From Armatimonadota bacterium (lineage in GTDB: Bacteria; Armatimonadota; Zipacnadia; UBA1398; JAKPQA01): a stretch of DNA of 64,000 nt. The DNA is taken from NCBI GenBank assembly GCA_029547025.1, contig JAKPQA010000005.1, positions 3,880 through 67,879 on the forward strand, read 5' to 3'. Shown piece by piece: positions 47,192 to 57,137 of this stretch (the stretch's first letter is position 1; every line of letters starts with the position of its first letter). A program made the translations under genes and the position numbers. Under the pieces are notes generated by a model, which ran no database searches, was not told where the DNA came from, and saw only the letters and a list, made by a program, of their open reading frames with translations.

Positions 47192-47854
47192 ATGGCCCCG
47201 AACCATCTCCGGGCGATCGCCTTCGACTTCGACGGTACGCTGGTGCGCCTCACCATCGACTTCGCGCGCATGCGTCGGGACGTGATGGGCGTCCTCGCGT
47301 CCTACGGGGTTCATGACCCGAGTGTGCTGAGTTTGTACGTGCTGGAGATGGTGGACGCCGCGGCGGCGCAGCTGGTCGCGCGGGGGCGCGATCCCGCACC
47401 GATGCGAGCGGAGGCCCACGCGGCCCTGGAGGCGGTCGAATGCGAGGCCGCCCGCCGCGCGCGCCCGATTCCGGGAGCTCGGGGGATGCTCGAGGCCCTT
47501 CGCCAGAAGGGCTACGGTCTGGCCGTCGTGACGCGGAATTCGGGCCGGTCGGCTCGCACCGCCTTCGAGGGTGTCGAGAGTCTGGTGGACGCCTTCCTGC
47601 CGCGCGAGGCGGTGTGCCACGTCAAGCCTCATCCGGAACACCTGGGGCGTTGTCTCGATTTGCTGGGTGTCCGGCCGGATGAGGCCCTGATGGTGGGCGA
47701 CCACCCCATGGATGTCCGTTCGGGTAAGGCCCAGGGCATGATGACGGCGGGTGTGCTGACCGGCAACTCATCGCGCGAGGACCTGGCATCGGCCGAGCCC
47801 GACTGGATCCTCGATGACGTCACTGGTCTGCTGCGGGTGTTGTTCGAGCCATGA
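47192..47854 (+). CDS. HAD-superfamily hydrolase (phosphatase)
   Basis: Motif I IAFDFDGTL and a C-terminal GDHPMD motif. Start at the ATG at 47192, with a GGGAG Shine-Dalgarno. Its stop overlaps the next start (ATGA). Confidence 0.65.
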   Translation: MAPNHLRAIAFDFDGTLVRLTIDFARMRRDVMGVLASYGVHDPSVLSLYVLEMVDAAAAQLVARGRDPAPMRAEAHAALEAVECEAARRARPIPGARGMLEALRQKGYGLAVVTRNSGRSARTAFEGVESLVDAFLPREAVCHVKPHPEHLGRCLDLLGVRPDEALMVGDHPMDVRSGKAQGMMTAGVLTGNSSREDLASAEPDWILDDVTGLLRVLFEP

Positions 47855-48867
47855 GCGGTCCCTTCGCTCCCGGCAAGCTGCCGCTGTCGCTGATGCGCGG
47901 CCTGCTTGAGTCGGTGCGGCGGGACGATCCGCGCGTCATGGTCGGGCCACGGATCGGGGAGGACGCGGCGGTGCTGGACTTCGGCGATCGCTACCTGGTC
48001 GCCAAGACCGACCCCATCACGTTTGCCACGGACGAGATCGGCTACTACGCCGTCACGGTCAATGCCAATGACATCGCCACACGCGGCGCCACGCCCCGCT
48101 GGTTCCTGGCGTGCGTCCTGCTTCCCGAGGGGCGCACCGATGCGGCGTTCGTGGAGCGCATCTTTGGTCAGGTCTCCTCTGCGTGCGACGCACTGGGCAT
48201 TGTTCCGGTGGGCGGGCATACGGAGGTGACGGCGGGGCTCGATCGTCCGGTCATTGCCGGGGCGATGCTTGGCGAGGTGGCGCGCGAGCGTCTGGTGTCC
48301 ACGTCGGGTCTGCGCGTGGGCGACCATGTGGTGCTCACCAAGTCGGTTCCGCTGGAGGGCGCGTCAGTCCTGGCGCGGGAGAAGCGCGTGGAGTTGCTGG
48401 CGGCCGGACTGGCGCCGGGCGATCTGGATGTCGCTGCTGGGTTCCTCCATGACCCGGGCATCAGCGTGGTCCGCGATGCCCAGGTGGCCGTGGAGGCGGG
48501 CGGAGTCACGGCGATGCATGATCCGACTGAGGGCGGCGTGGCTACGGCGTTGGTCGAGATGGCGCTGGCGGCGGGCGTGGGGCTGCGGGTGGCGCGGGGT
48601 CGCATCCCGGTGGATCCCCGGGCCGCATTGCTGTGCGCGCATTTGGGGATCGATCCGCTCGGCACCCTCTCCTCGGGGGCCCTGTTGATCGGAGTGGAGC
48701 CCGACCGCGTCGCGGACGTGATGCGGGCCCTGACTGCGAGCGGCATCCCGGCGGCCGACGTCGGCAGGGCCGTTGGTGCCTCGGAGGGAATGCTGTATGA
48801 GGCGGACGATGGCAGCACGGAGCCTGTTCTCGCGTTCGAGCAGGACGAGATTGCCCGTGTTCTGTGA
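47851..48867 (+). CDS. PurM-superfamily (AIR-synthase-related) protein, ThiL/HypE-like ATP-dependent enzyme
   Basis: A GEDAAVL motif, a (V)NANDIATRGATPRW segment, and a two-domain PurM-like length of 338 aa. It is translationally coupled on both sides. Confidence 0.6.
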   Translation: MSGPFAPGKLPLSLMRGLLESVRRDDPRVMVGPRIGEDAAVLDFGDRYLVAKTDPITFATDEIGYYAVTVNANDIATRGATPRWFLACVLLPEGRTDAAFVERIFGQVSSACDALGIVPVGGHTEVTAGLDRPVIAGAMLGEVARERLVSTSGLRVGDHVVLTKSVPLEGASVLAREKRVELLAAGLAPGDLDVAAGFLHDPGISVVRDAQVAVEAGGVTAMHDPTEGGVATALVEMALAAGVGLRVARGRIPVDPRAALLCAHLGIDPLGTLSSGALLIGVEPDRVADVMRALTASGIPAADVGRAVGASEGMLYEADDGSTEPVLAFEQDEIARVL

Positions 48868-49682
48868 GAGGTGGAGGTAGCTCGGTGGAGTTGGCTGAGG
48901 AGCGTCAGCGGCTCGCGGTGATTGGCGGGAGTGGGGTGACGGACTTCCTGCCCGAGGAGCCCGGAGAGGAGGAGATTGTCCCCACGCCCTATGGCGATGC
49001 CTTGCTGATCTGGAAGCTCTACATGGGCCGGCGCGTGGTGTTCGTGCCGCGTCATGGTCCGGGGCACCGTCTCCCGCCGCATCGGGTGAACTACCGCGCC
49101 AACATCTGGGCCCTGGACCTGGTGGGTGTTCATAGCGTTCTGGCCACGGGCGCCGTTGGGAGCCTGGTGGAGGACATTGACCCGGGCGCCGTGGTGTTCG
49201 TGGACCAGTTTCTGGACTTCACCAAGAACCGCCCGTCCACGTTTTTCGAGGGCGAGAACGGGCGGGTGCTGCACACGGACGTGTCGGTGCCCTATTGCCC
49301 GCGGATTCGCCAGATTGCGGCTCGGACGGCGGCCGAGATGCAGATGGACCACCGGCCGGCGGGCACGTACGTTTGCGTGGAGGGACCGCGCTATGAGTGT
49401 CCGGCGGAGATTCGCATGTTCACCATGCTCGGCGGCCACGTGGTGGGTATGACCAATCTGCCGGAGGCGGTGCTGGCCCGGGAACTGGGTCTGTGCTATG
49501 CCACGGTCGCCGTGGTCACCAACAAGGCAGCGGGGCTGATCGCGCAGCCCATCAGCCATGAGGAGGTCCTGGGCACGATGCGGCGGGTGACGCCAACCAT
49601 CGACCAGTTCATGGCGCGGATGATGGAGCAGATCGATGACGACCCCACGTGCGTGTGCCGGCGGGTGCGGGACGATGAGTGA
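48864..49682 (+). CDS. mtnP: S-methyl-5'-thioadenosine phosphorylase (PNP family 2)
   Basis: LAVIGGSG and HRLPPHRVNYRANIWAL motifs. GTG start overlapping the upstream stop (GTGA). Confidence 0.75.
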   Translation: MRGGGSSVELAEERQRLAVIGGSGVTDFLPEEPGEEEIVPTPYGDALLIWKLYMGRRVVFVPRHGPGHRLPPHRVNYRANIWALDLVGVHSVLATGAVGSLVEDIDPGAVVFVDQFLDFTKNRPSTFFEGENGRVLHTDVSVPYCPRIRQIAARTAAEMQMDHRPAGTYVCVEGPRYECPAEIRMFTMLGGHVVGMTNLPEAVLARELGLCYATVAVVTNKAAGLIAQPISHEEVLGTMRRVTPTIDQFMARMMEQIDDDPTCVCRRVRDDE

Positions 49683-50748
49683 CTCGGGGAGCGGTGGCGG
49701 GTTCGAGACCATCGCGTGGGGCGGGGACCATGTGCGTCTGATTGACCAGACGCTGCTGCCGGCCGAGTACCGCATCGTTGAGCTGCGCACGGTTCCCGAG
49801 ATCTGCGAGGCGATCCGGGTGCTGCGCGTTCGCGGTGCGCCGGCCATCGGCTGCGCCGCCGCTTACGGGCTGGCGCTGCGGGCGGTTCATGGCCCGGAAG
49901 CGACGCCTGAGGAGCTTCTGCCCGGTCTGGAGTCGGCCGCGCGCGAACTGGCCGCTACACGGCCCACGGCCGTGAATCTGTTTTGGGCGATTGACCGCAT
50001 CATGTCGCTCGCGGGCGGCCGTTCGTGGTCGTCGTTGGATGAGCTGCGGCAGGCCCTGGTGGATGACGCGCGGTCCATTCAGGCGGAGGACGACGCCGCG
50101 TGCCGGGCCATCGGCGCTTATGGTGCCGGGCTGCTGCCGGACCCGTGCCGAATCCTGACGCACTGCAATGCGGGGGGCCTGGCGACCAGTGGATATGGTA
50201 CGGCCGTGGGGGTGATTCGCGCGGCGCACGAGCAGGGGAAGCGTGTTCGCGTCTGGGTTGACGAGACCCGGCCGCTGCTTCAGGGCGCGCGGCTGACGGC
50301 GTGGGAGCTGTCGCAGCTGGAGATCCCGGCGACGCTCATCACCGATAGCATGGCGGCCCATGTGATGGCGAGGGGCCAGGTGGATGCGGTGGTCGTCGGC
50401 GCCGACCGCATCGCGGCCAATGGGGATGTGGCAAACAAGATTGGCACTCAGGGCGTTGCCATACTGGCGGAATATTTCGGCGTGCCCTTCTATGTGGCCG
50501 CGCCCCTGTCGACCGTGGATCTCTCGCTGCCCACGGGGGCGGGTATCCCGATCGAGGAGCGATCGGCGGACGAGGTGACGACGCCACGGGGGACGCGGTT
50601 CGCCCCCGAGCTGACGGCAACACTGACGGTGTACAACCCGGCTTTCGACGTGACCCCGGCTCATCTGATCCGGGCGATTGTCACCGAGAAGGGCGTGCTC
50701 CATCCGCCCTACGGACCGGCGTTGGCGCGGTGGGCGGGATCCAAGTAG
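49675..50748 (+). CDS. mtnA: S-methyl-5-thioribose-1-phosphate isomerase (eIF-2B-related family)
   Basis: eIF2B/MtnA family motifs (VRGAPAIG, HCNAGGLAT, GADRIAANGDVANKIGT). Start at the ATG at 49675, overlapping the mtnP stop by 8 nt. Confidence 0.8.
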   Translation: MSDSGSGGGFETIAWGGDHVRLIDQTLLPAEYRIVELRTVPEICEAIRVLRVRGAPAIGCAAAYGLALRAVHGPEATPEELLPGLESAARELAATRPTAVNLFWAIDRIMSLAGGRSWSSLDELRQALVDDARSIQAEDDAACRAIGAYGAGLLPDPCRILTHCNAGGLATSGYGTAVGVIRAAHEQGKRVRVWVDETRPLLQGARLTAWELSQLEIPATLITDSMAAHVMARGQVDAVVVGADRIAANGDVANKIGTQGVAILAEYFGVPFYVAAPLSTVDLSLPTGAGIPIEERSADEVTTPRGTRFAPELTATLTVYNPAFDVTPAHLIRAIVTEKGVLHPPYGPALARWAGSK

Positions 50749-50761
50749 AGGAGCGGCAGAC

Positions 50762-51565
50762 GTGGAGTTGCGTGCGGACATAGGGGTCTTTGGTGGTTCG
50801 GGGTTCTACGAGTTCGCCGAGGACCTTCGCGAGACCAAGATCGAGACACCTTACGGTGCCACGAGCGATCCGGTGGCCCTGGGCACTGTGGGGGGCCGGC
50901 GGGTGGCTTTCCTGCCGCGGCATGGCAAGGACCACCGGCTGCCTCCCCACATGATCAACTACCGTGCCAACGTGTGGGCCATGAAGTCGCTGGGTGTGCG
51001 GCGCATTATCAGTCCCACGGCCGCGGGCAGCCTGCAGGCCCATATCAAGCCCGGCGAGTTTGTCATCGTGGACCAGTTCGTCGATCGCACGTCGGGTCGG
51101 AAGGACACGTTCTACGACGGCCCGGTGACGACGCACATCGCCGGTGCCGAGCCGTACTGCCCCCAGCTTCGCGCCCAGGCGGTGCGGTGTGCGGCGGAGC
51201 TGGGGATTCCGTGTCACGATGGCGGCACGGTGGTGGTGGTCCAGGGCCCGCGTTTCTCGACCAAGGCCGAGAGCCGCTGGTTCACCAGCAATGGCTGGCA
51301 GGTCATTAACATGACTCAGTACCCCGAGGTTGTCTTGGCCCGGGAACTCGAGATGTGCTATCAGGCCATTGCGCTGATCACGGACTTCGACGCGGGCGTT
51401 GTGGCTGAGGGGGAGGCTCAGCCCGTGAGTGCCGATGCCTTCCTCGAGGTGTTCCGCGCGAACATTGACAATGCCAAGCGGCTCTGTGAGGCCGTGATCC
51501 GGGCGATCCCCAACGAGCGCACGTGTGCATGTGGGATGGCGCTGCAGGGCGCGCGGCTCGACTAG
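50762..51565 (+). CDS. second PNP/MTAP-family nucleoside phosphorylase paralogue
   Basis: GVFGGSG and HRLPPHMINYRANVWAM motifs. Start at the GTG at 50762, with a GAGGAG Shine-Dalgarno. Confidence 0.7.
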   Translation: MELRADIGVFGGSGFYEFAEDLRETKIETPYGATSDPVALGTVGGRRVAFLPRHGKDHRLPPHMINYRANVWAMKSLGVRRIISPTAAGSLQAHIKPGEFVIVDQFVDRTSGRKDTFYDGPVTTHIAGAEPYCPQLRAQAVRCAAELGIPCHDGGTVVVVQGPRFSTKAESRWFTSNGWQVINMTQYPEVVLARELEMCYQAIALITDFDAGVVAEGEAQPVSADAFLEVFRANIDNAKRLCEAVIRAIPNERTCACGMALQGARLD

Positions 51566-51580
51566 TCTGGGAGGGTGTCG

Positions 51581-52108
51581 TTGGTGGAGGAGCTCGTCGG
51601 CGTCAAGGACCGCATCCGTTCGGTACCGGATTTTCCGGCGCCCGGCATTCTGTTCCGGGATATTACGCCCGTCCTGGGCGCCCCTGAGCTGTTGCGTCAG
51701 TCCGTGGAGGCCCTCACGGGCTATGCGCGATCGCGCCGGGCCGAGGTCATCGCCGGCATCGAGTCGCGGGGGTTCGTGTTCGGTGTTCCGGTCGCCCTGG
51801 CGTTGGGGGTTCCGTTTGTGCCGATCCGCAAGGCGGGTAAGCTTCCGGCGGACACGGTCTCGGCCGAGTATGCGCTGGAGTATGGCACGGCGAAGATCGA
51901 GATGCACCGCGATGCCTTCGGGCCGGGGAGGCGGGTTGTCATCGTCGACGACCTGCTGGCCACCGGCGGGACTGCGGCAGCGGCCGCCCAACTTGTGAGT
52001 CAGCTTGAGGGCGAGGTTGCCGGCATGGCCTTCCTGATTGAGCTGGTGTCGCTGAACGGGCGGTCGCGACTGACGGCGTGGGACGTGGCTTCATTCGTTC
52101 GCTATTAG
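51581..52108 (+). CDS. apt: adenine phosphoribosyltransferase
   Basis: DFPAPGILFRDITP and VIVDDLLATGGT (PRPP-binding) motifs. The start is uncertain, either the TTG at 51581 or the GTG at 51575. Confidence 0.8.
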   Translation: MVEELVGVKDRIRSVPDFPAPGILFRDITPVLGAPELLRQSVEALTGYARSRRAEVIAGIESRGFVFGVPVALALGVPFVPIRKAGKLPADTVSAEYALEYGTAKIEMHRDAFGPGRRVVIVDDLLATGGTAAAAAQLVSQLEGEVAGMAFLIELVSLNGRSRLTAWDVASFVRY

Positions 52109-52147
52109 AGGTGATCACACCGCATCGCGGGGCGGGGAGGCGATCGA

Positions 52148-53077
52148 GTGACTCCGAGGCAAGGGGCCGCACTGCTGCGCGAGCTTCAACCCGAGGCGCT
52201 GCTCGACTCGATCGGTGAGGGCGCTTATCTGGTGGACGTGGATCGGACCATCGTTTTCTGGAACCAGTCCGCGGAGCGGATCACGGGCTTTGGGCGCGCC
52301 GAAGTGGTCGGGCGGCACTGTCAGGAGAACCTGCTCCGCCACGTGTCATTGGACGGGCGTCCTCTGTGCGAGACCGAGTGCCCCCTATCGGCCGCGCTCG
52401 CCGATGGGCAACCTCGCGAGAGCCGGGTGTTCCTGCACCACAAGACGGGCCACCGTGTGCCGGTTGATGTGCGGATTGGGGTCCTTCGCGATGGGGCCAG
52501 TCGCGTGGTGGGGGCACTCGAGGTATTCAGCGATGCGTCGAACCAGGCGGCCCTCGAGGACCAGGTGGAGCAGCTGTCGCAGCTGGCGTTTCTCGACGCG
52601 CTGACGCAGCTTCCGAACCGCCGGTTTGTCGAGGTGCGTCTGGAGTCGGCCTGCAACGAGCTGAACCGGTATGGCTGGACTTTCGGGCTGCTGTTCGTCG
52701 ATGTGGACCACTTCAAGCTGATCAATGACGTCTACGGCCACGAGGCGGGGGACGACATGCTATGCATGGTCGCGCGTACCCTGTCGGCGGGTCTGCGGCC
52801 GTCGGATGTGCTGGCTCGATGGGGCGGCGAGGAGTTTCTGGCAGTGATCCGCAATGCCGAGGGCGGGGCGCTTGAGGCGTGCGCCGAGCGATGCCGGTCA
52901 CTCGTGGAGCACTCGGGTCTTCGCCGTGGTCCCGGTGTTCCTCCCGTGGTCGTCACGGTGTCGGTGGGCGGCACAGTGGCGCGTCCTGGCGAGCTTCCCG
53001 CGGATATGGTCTCGCGCGCCGATGCGGCCATGTATCGCAGCAAGAACGAGGGTCGCAATCGCGTCACGATCCACTGA
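52148..53077 (+). CDS. PAS-sensor diguanylate cyclase (GGDEF)
   Basis: An N-terminal PAS domain, then a GGDEF domain carrying a GGEEF active-site motif and the conserved RYGGEEF-like context. Confidence 0.8.
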   Translation: MTPRQGAALLRELQPEALLDSIGEGAYLVDVDRTIVFWNQSAERITGFGRAEVVGRHCQENLLRHVSLDGRPLCETECPLSAALADGQPRESRVFLHHKTGHRVPVDVRIGVLRDGASRVVGALEVFSDASNQAALEDQVEQLSQLAFLDALTQLPNRRFVEVRLESACNELNRYGWTFGLLFVDVDHFKLINDVYGHEAGDDMLCMVARTLSAGLRPSDVLARWGGEEFLAVIRNAEGGALEACAERCRSLVEHSGLRRGPGVPPVVVTVSVGGTVARPGELPADMVSRADAAMYRSKNEGRNRVTIH

Positions 53078-54331
53078 GGGGTGCGGACGAGCGGGGGCCG
53101 GCCTGCGCTGCCTCGAACATGGCCACGATATTCGCGGGTGGGACGTCGGCCATGATGTTGTGCACCTGGGTGAACACGAATCCGCCGCGGGCCCCGAGGA
53201 CGCGGATGCGTTGGCGCACCTGGTCGCGCACCTGCTCGGGCGTCCCCGTGCGGAGCACGCCCTGGGTTTCGCACCCACCGCCCCAGAAGGCCATGTGGCG
53301 CCCGAACTCACGCTTCAGCCGCTCGGGTTCCATCCCGGCGCACGAGGTCTGCACGGGGTTGATGACCTGAACGCCTTCGTCGATGAGGTCGGGGATGAGC
53401 TCGGCGATGGCGCCGCAAGAGTGGAGGAAGATGAACCCGTCGAAGTGTTTCCGCACGGCTTCGTAGACGATGGTGTGGCGGGGTTTGATGAAGCGGCGGT
53501 ACATGGCCGGGGAGAGCTGTGCGGCGGTTTGCGTGCCGAGGTCATCGCCCATCTGCACGACGTCGATGCAGTCGCCGACGGCCGCGAAGAAGCGCGGGAT
53601 GGTTTCGAGGTAGCTCTCGACGAGCCGGTCCATCAGTGCCTCGGCCAGTGCGGGGCGGGCCACCAGATCCTCGAGGAAGGTGCCGAAGCCACGGAGGAAC
53701 TGGCCGCCCTCGAGGATGTTGCCGCCCAGCGCTGCCATGATGGCCCGGTCGGTGCTGGCGCGGAGGTGGAGGGCTCGCCGGCGCAGGTCGGTGAAGTGCT
53801 GCGGGTCGGTCAGTGGCTTGTGCCAGGGCGCGCAGGCCATCGCCGACCAGCTCACCTTGGCGTTGGCGGCGGCCAGATCGGCGAAGTCATCGGGCGCCGT
53901 CGCGAGCTCGAACGGATGACACGCCTGGTGGAAGTAGTGCACGCCGGCGGGCATGTGGGCGATGACCGTGCCATCGGCGGCGCGGACCAGCCAGCCGCCG
54001 CGGCCGTCGGGCTCGGGGTCAAACCACGCGGGGATGCGCGCCGGCGAGCCATCGGGAAGCGGCCAGGGCTTCCAGTCCTCGGGTTGGTCGAAGAAGGCTC
54101 GCGAGAGGTCGAGGACATCGACGCCGAACTGGTCGAGGAGGCATTCATCGGGCTCGGCGAGCTGCTGCACCACGTCGTAGACGCGGGTGTCGGAGGCGAT
54201 GCCGAGGTGGTTCTTGAGGGCGTTGTAGGGCATGGCCATGATGCCGGTCGAGCGCATGGCGCCCAGGTCGATGGGCACTCGGTCGGTCTCCTGGTGGCTG
54301 AGGGCGGCGATCACGCGTTGGCGCGACGTCA
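53064..54331 (-). CDS. uroporphyrinogen-decarboxylase (URO-D) family protein, MtaA/CmuA-like methyltransferase-type
   Basis: N-terminal RVIAALSHQETDRVPIDLG segment and a URO-D-like TIM barrel. Start at an ATG near 54331, with a GGAGGTGGGAG Shine-Dalgarno. The upstream ORF part is a frame artefact. Confidence 0.55.
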
Positions 54332-54517
54332 TGGCTCCCACCTCCGAAGCATTATAGCTCCGGACGCGGGCGGCCCAGCGGGGCCCCGCGGCCGAGCATC
54401 GGGGGCCCAGGTGGCACGCTTGGGCGATGATTGGTGAGGCGGAGTCCGTGGGCTCGTGGGTTGGGGGATCGCGACCATTGCGACGGGCACGGGGTGGCGC
54501 TGTTGGGCGGCGCGGCG

Positions 54518-55381
54518 CTAGCCTTTGGCTTTGCTGCGCCAGGTGTGTTTCGCCCGGTAGCCCAGCATGTGCTCCGCCTTGGCGGTCGAGAGCAGAGACG
54601 CGAAGCCATCGTTCATGAACCGGGCGGGTTGGCGCAGCTCGGGGAGCTGGGGGAACGCGCGGGCGATGAAGTCGCGGGTCGGGAACGGCAGGTACGTGTC
54701 CCGGGCGGAGATGAGGAAGGTCTCGTGCCCGCGCAGGGGCGTCTGGAGGGCGAGTCGCACGGCCTGGGCCGCGTCCCGCGCGTCCACATAGCCCACCAGT
54801 GTTCGGCGGCAGTTTTCGGCGTCGGCGGCCAGGGCGTTTGGGTCGGGGTAGTCCGGCGGGAACCAGACCCAACAGAACCGCAGCGCCACGGTTGTCATGC
54901 CGTAGCGGCGTGAGTGCTGGGCGCAGATGTGCTCGTCGAGCAGCTTGCTGAGCCCGTAGGGGTCTGCCGGGCAGGTGGGGTGCTCCTCATCGATGGGGAG
55001 GTACCGTGGCCGTTCGGCCCCGGTGCCGAAGACGAAGCCATAGGTCGAGTCGCTGCTCGCCACGACCGCACGCGACACACCGGCCTCGGCCGCCGCATCG
55101 AGCACGCGGTGGGTGCCCATGGTGTTGACCTCGAACACGACGTCAGCGGGGTGGTTTGCCGGGTTCGGGATGGCGGCGAGGTGCACGACGGCGTCGATGC
55201 CGGTCATGGCGGCTCGGAGGTCGTCGAGGGACAGGATGCTGCCTTCGGCGTAGTTGATGGCGCGGATGCGCGCCGGCGGTCGGCGATCGAAGACGGTGAC
55301 CTGATAGCCGTGCCGTATCAGGTCACGGCACACGAACCCGCCCACGTTGCCAGTGCCCCCCGTAACGAGCACGTGCGGCAT
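54518..55381 (-). CDS. NAD-dependent epimerase/dehydratase (extended SDR)
   Basis: VLVTGGTGNVGGFV Rossmann motif and the YxxxK motif (PYGLSK). Confidence 0.75.
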   Translation of the reverse strand: MPHVLVTGGTGNVGGFVCRDLIRHGYQVTVFDRRPPARIRAINYAEGSILSLDDLRAAMTGIDAVVHLAAIPNPANHPADVVFEVNTMGTHRVLDAAAEAGVSRAVVASSDSTYGFVFGTGAERPRYLPIDEEHPTCPADPYGLSKLLDEHICAQHSRRYGMTTVALRFCWVWFPPDYPDPNALAADAENCRRTLVGYVDARDAAQAVRLALQTPLRGHETFLISARDTYLPFPTRDFIARAFPQLPELRQPARFMNDGFASLLSTAKAEHMLGYRAKHTWRSKAKG

Positions 55382-55387
55382 GCGTTG

Positions 55388-55945
55388 TCAGTCCTCTCCT
55401 GAATTGAGTTGGGTCTCGGCCAGGCAATGGGCGGCCAAGATTCGCGGATCGGCCAGTTCGTTGTGGGCGACGCGTTCACGGACCCACGCTACGAGCTCGC
55501 GACGAGCCACGAGGGCCACGTGGATTGGGAACAGCTCGTCGCCCCCCGTGGGGCCCACGTACTCGAGGCCCGTGGCCAGCACGATGTCGCCGACGGTCGC
55601 GGACGATCCGGCGGCGACGGGCCCGCGGGTCAGGAACTCGATGCTCGAAGCGCGGTATCCGGTCTCCTCGACGAGCTCGCGCAGGGCGCACTCGCGGGCG
55701 GGCTCGCCCCCCCGGTCGCAGACGCCGGCGGGCAGCTCCCAGACCTCGGCCCCCAGCGGCGGCCGGAACTGACGGATGACCACCACTTTGTCGTCGGGCG
55801 TCACGGCGTAGACGAAGACGACGCCACACCGGCCGATGCGGCGGATGAACTCCCAGTGACCGCCGTGGAACGGCTGGCGGACGAACTCCAGGAACCTCCC
55901 GCGGAAGACGACCTCGGGCTCGCCCGGACCCGTGCGGTGCTCCAA
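55388..55945 (-). CDS. NUDIX hydrolase
   Basis: Nudix box (GVCDRGGEPARECALRELVEETG). Start placed at the TTG at 55945 (MEHRTGPGEPEVVFRGRF...), with an AGGGGG Shine-Dalgarno. The ORF's 5' 97 codons are a low-complexity frame artefact. Confidence 0.5.
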   Translation of the reverse strand: MEHRTGPGEPEVVFRGRFLEFVRQPFHGGHWEFIRRIGRCGVVFVYAVTPDDKVVVIRQFRPPLGAEVWELPAGVCDRGGEPARECALRELVEETGYRASSIEFLTRGPVAAGSSATVGDIVLATGLEYVGPTGGDELFPIHVALVARRELVAWVRERVAHNELADPRILAAHCLAETQLNSGED

Positions 55946-56069
55946 CTGCGCGCCCCCTGCCCTGTGTTGGCCTGCTGCCGGCCCGGGGATTCGCGGTGGA
56001 GGCTTCGGAGCCCTCTCGGGTGAGGGGGAGACTGGAGGGGAACTCTGGCGTTGCGTCGAAGGGTTCGTG

Positions 56070-57053
56070 ATGGCCGCGGGGGAGTCCAGACCCGGGTTCG
56101 GAGGGCGGTTGGCGGTGGATCGGATGACCAAGCGCGAGCGAGTTTTGGCGGCAATCCGCGGCGACGACGTGGATCGCGTGCCGTATAGCTTCTGGTACCA
56201 CTTCCCCATGGAGGACAAGGCGGGGCCGGAGTTCATCGAGGCCGAGGTGGCCTTCGCGGTCCATTATGATGTCGATATTCTCAAGGTGATGCACGACACG
56301 CCGTACGACCTGCCGGCGGGTCTCGAGTGGGTGACGAAGCCATCGGACTGGCGGGCGCTGGAGCCGCTGGACCCGAGGAAGGGCGGGTTTGGGCGTCACC
56401 TGGATGCCCTCCACGCGATCCGCAAAAGGCTTCCGGATGATCGCCCCATGGTCGACACGCTTTTCTCGCCCTTCTCATACGCGGAGAAGCTGAGCCGGAA
56501 GCAGACACTTCGCCACCTGAGCGAGGATCCCGATGCCCTGCGACATGGTCTGGCGGCCATTGCGGAGTCGGTGGGCGCTTTTGGGCGTACCGCCATTGAG
56601 GACGGGGCCATAGACGGCATGTATCTGGCATCCTCGGGCGGCCAGTATGACCTGATGCCCGAGCCGCAGTTTGCCGAAGTGTTCCTCCCGCACCACAGAC
56701 GCGTGGCGGAGATGTGCGCTCCGGTGGGCGTGTGCAATGTTCTGCACATCCACGGGACGGACGTGATGTGGGACCTGCAGGCGCAGATGCCCGCTCATGT
56801 GCTGCACTGGAGCGACCGCACCACGGCTCCGAGCCTGAGCGAGGCTCGGGCGAGAGACGCCCGGTGTTTCGCGGGCGGGGTCAATGAGGTGGATGCTCAC
56901 CAGAGGACACCGGAGGAGCTGGCCGAGCAGGTCCGTGCGGCCATCGGGGAGTTGGGGGGGCGCAAGCTCATCATTGCCACCGGGTGTGCCGTGGCCACCG
57001 ACATCGCCGAGGAGAACCTGTTGGCCATTGCGCGGGCCGCGCGGGGCCAGTGA
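56070..57053 (+). CDS. URO-D family protein (second paralogue)
   Basis: KRERVLAAIRGDDVDRVPYSFWYHF N-terminal motif. Start at the ATG at 56070 (GAAGGG Shine-Dalgarno) or the ATG at 56124. Confidence 0.55.
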   Translation: MAAGESRPGFGGRLAVDRMTKRERVLAAIRGDDVDRVPYSFWYHFPMEDKAGPEFIEAEVAFAVHYDVDILKVMHDTPYDLPAGLEWVTKPSDWRALEPLDPRKGGFGRHLDALHAIRKRLPDDRPMVDTLFSPFSYAEKLSRKQTLRHLSEDPDALRHGLAAIAESVGAFGRTAIEDGAIDGMYLASSGGQYDLMPEPQFAEVFLPHHRRVAEMCAPVGVCNVLHIHGTDVMWDLQAQMPAHVLHWSDRTTAPSLSEARARDARCFAGGVNEVDAHQRTPEELAEQVRAAIGELGGRKLIIATGCAVATDIAEENLLAIARAARGQ

Positions 57054-57137
57054 GGCAGAATGGCCGAACCCACCGGGCGGGTTGCAGCGTCTAAGCCCTA
57101 GTGCGGGCCGGTAGCGGCGCCGCGGCATCCTTGGGGA

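Noticed and set aside
46961-47704. N-terminal ~250 codons of ORF 45980..47704
   Set aside because: Antisense to, and overlapping, the HAD hydrolase gene, with low-complexity composition. The secreted CBM9-like protein starts at about 46960.
54332-54872. N-terminal part of ORF 53064..54872
   Set aside because: Low-complexity Arg/Pro-rich read-through. A URO-D-like start with a strong Shine-Dalgarno lies at ~54331.
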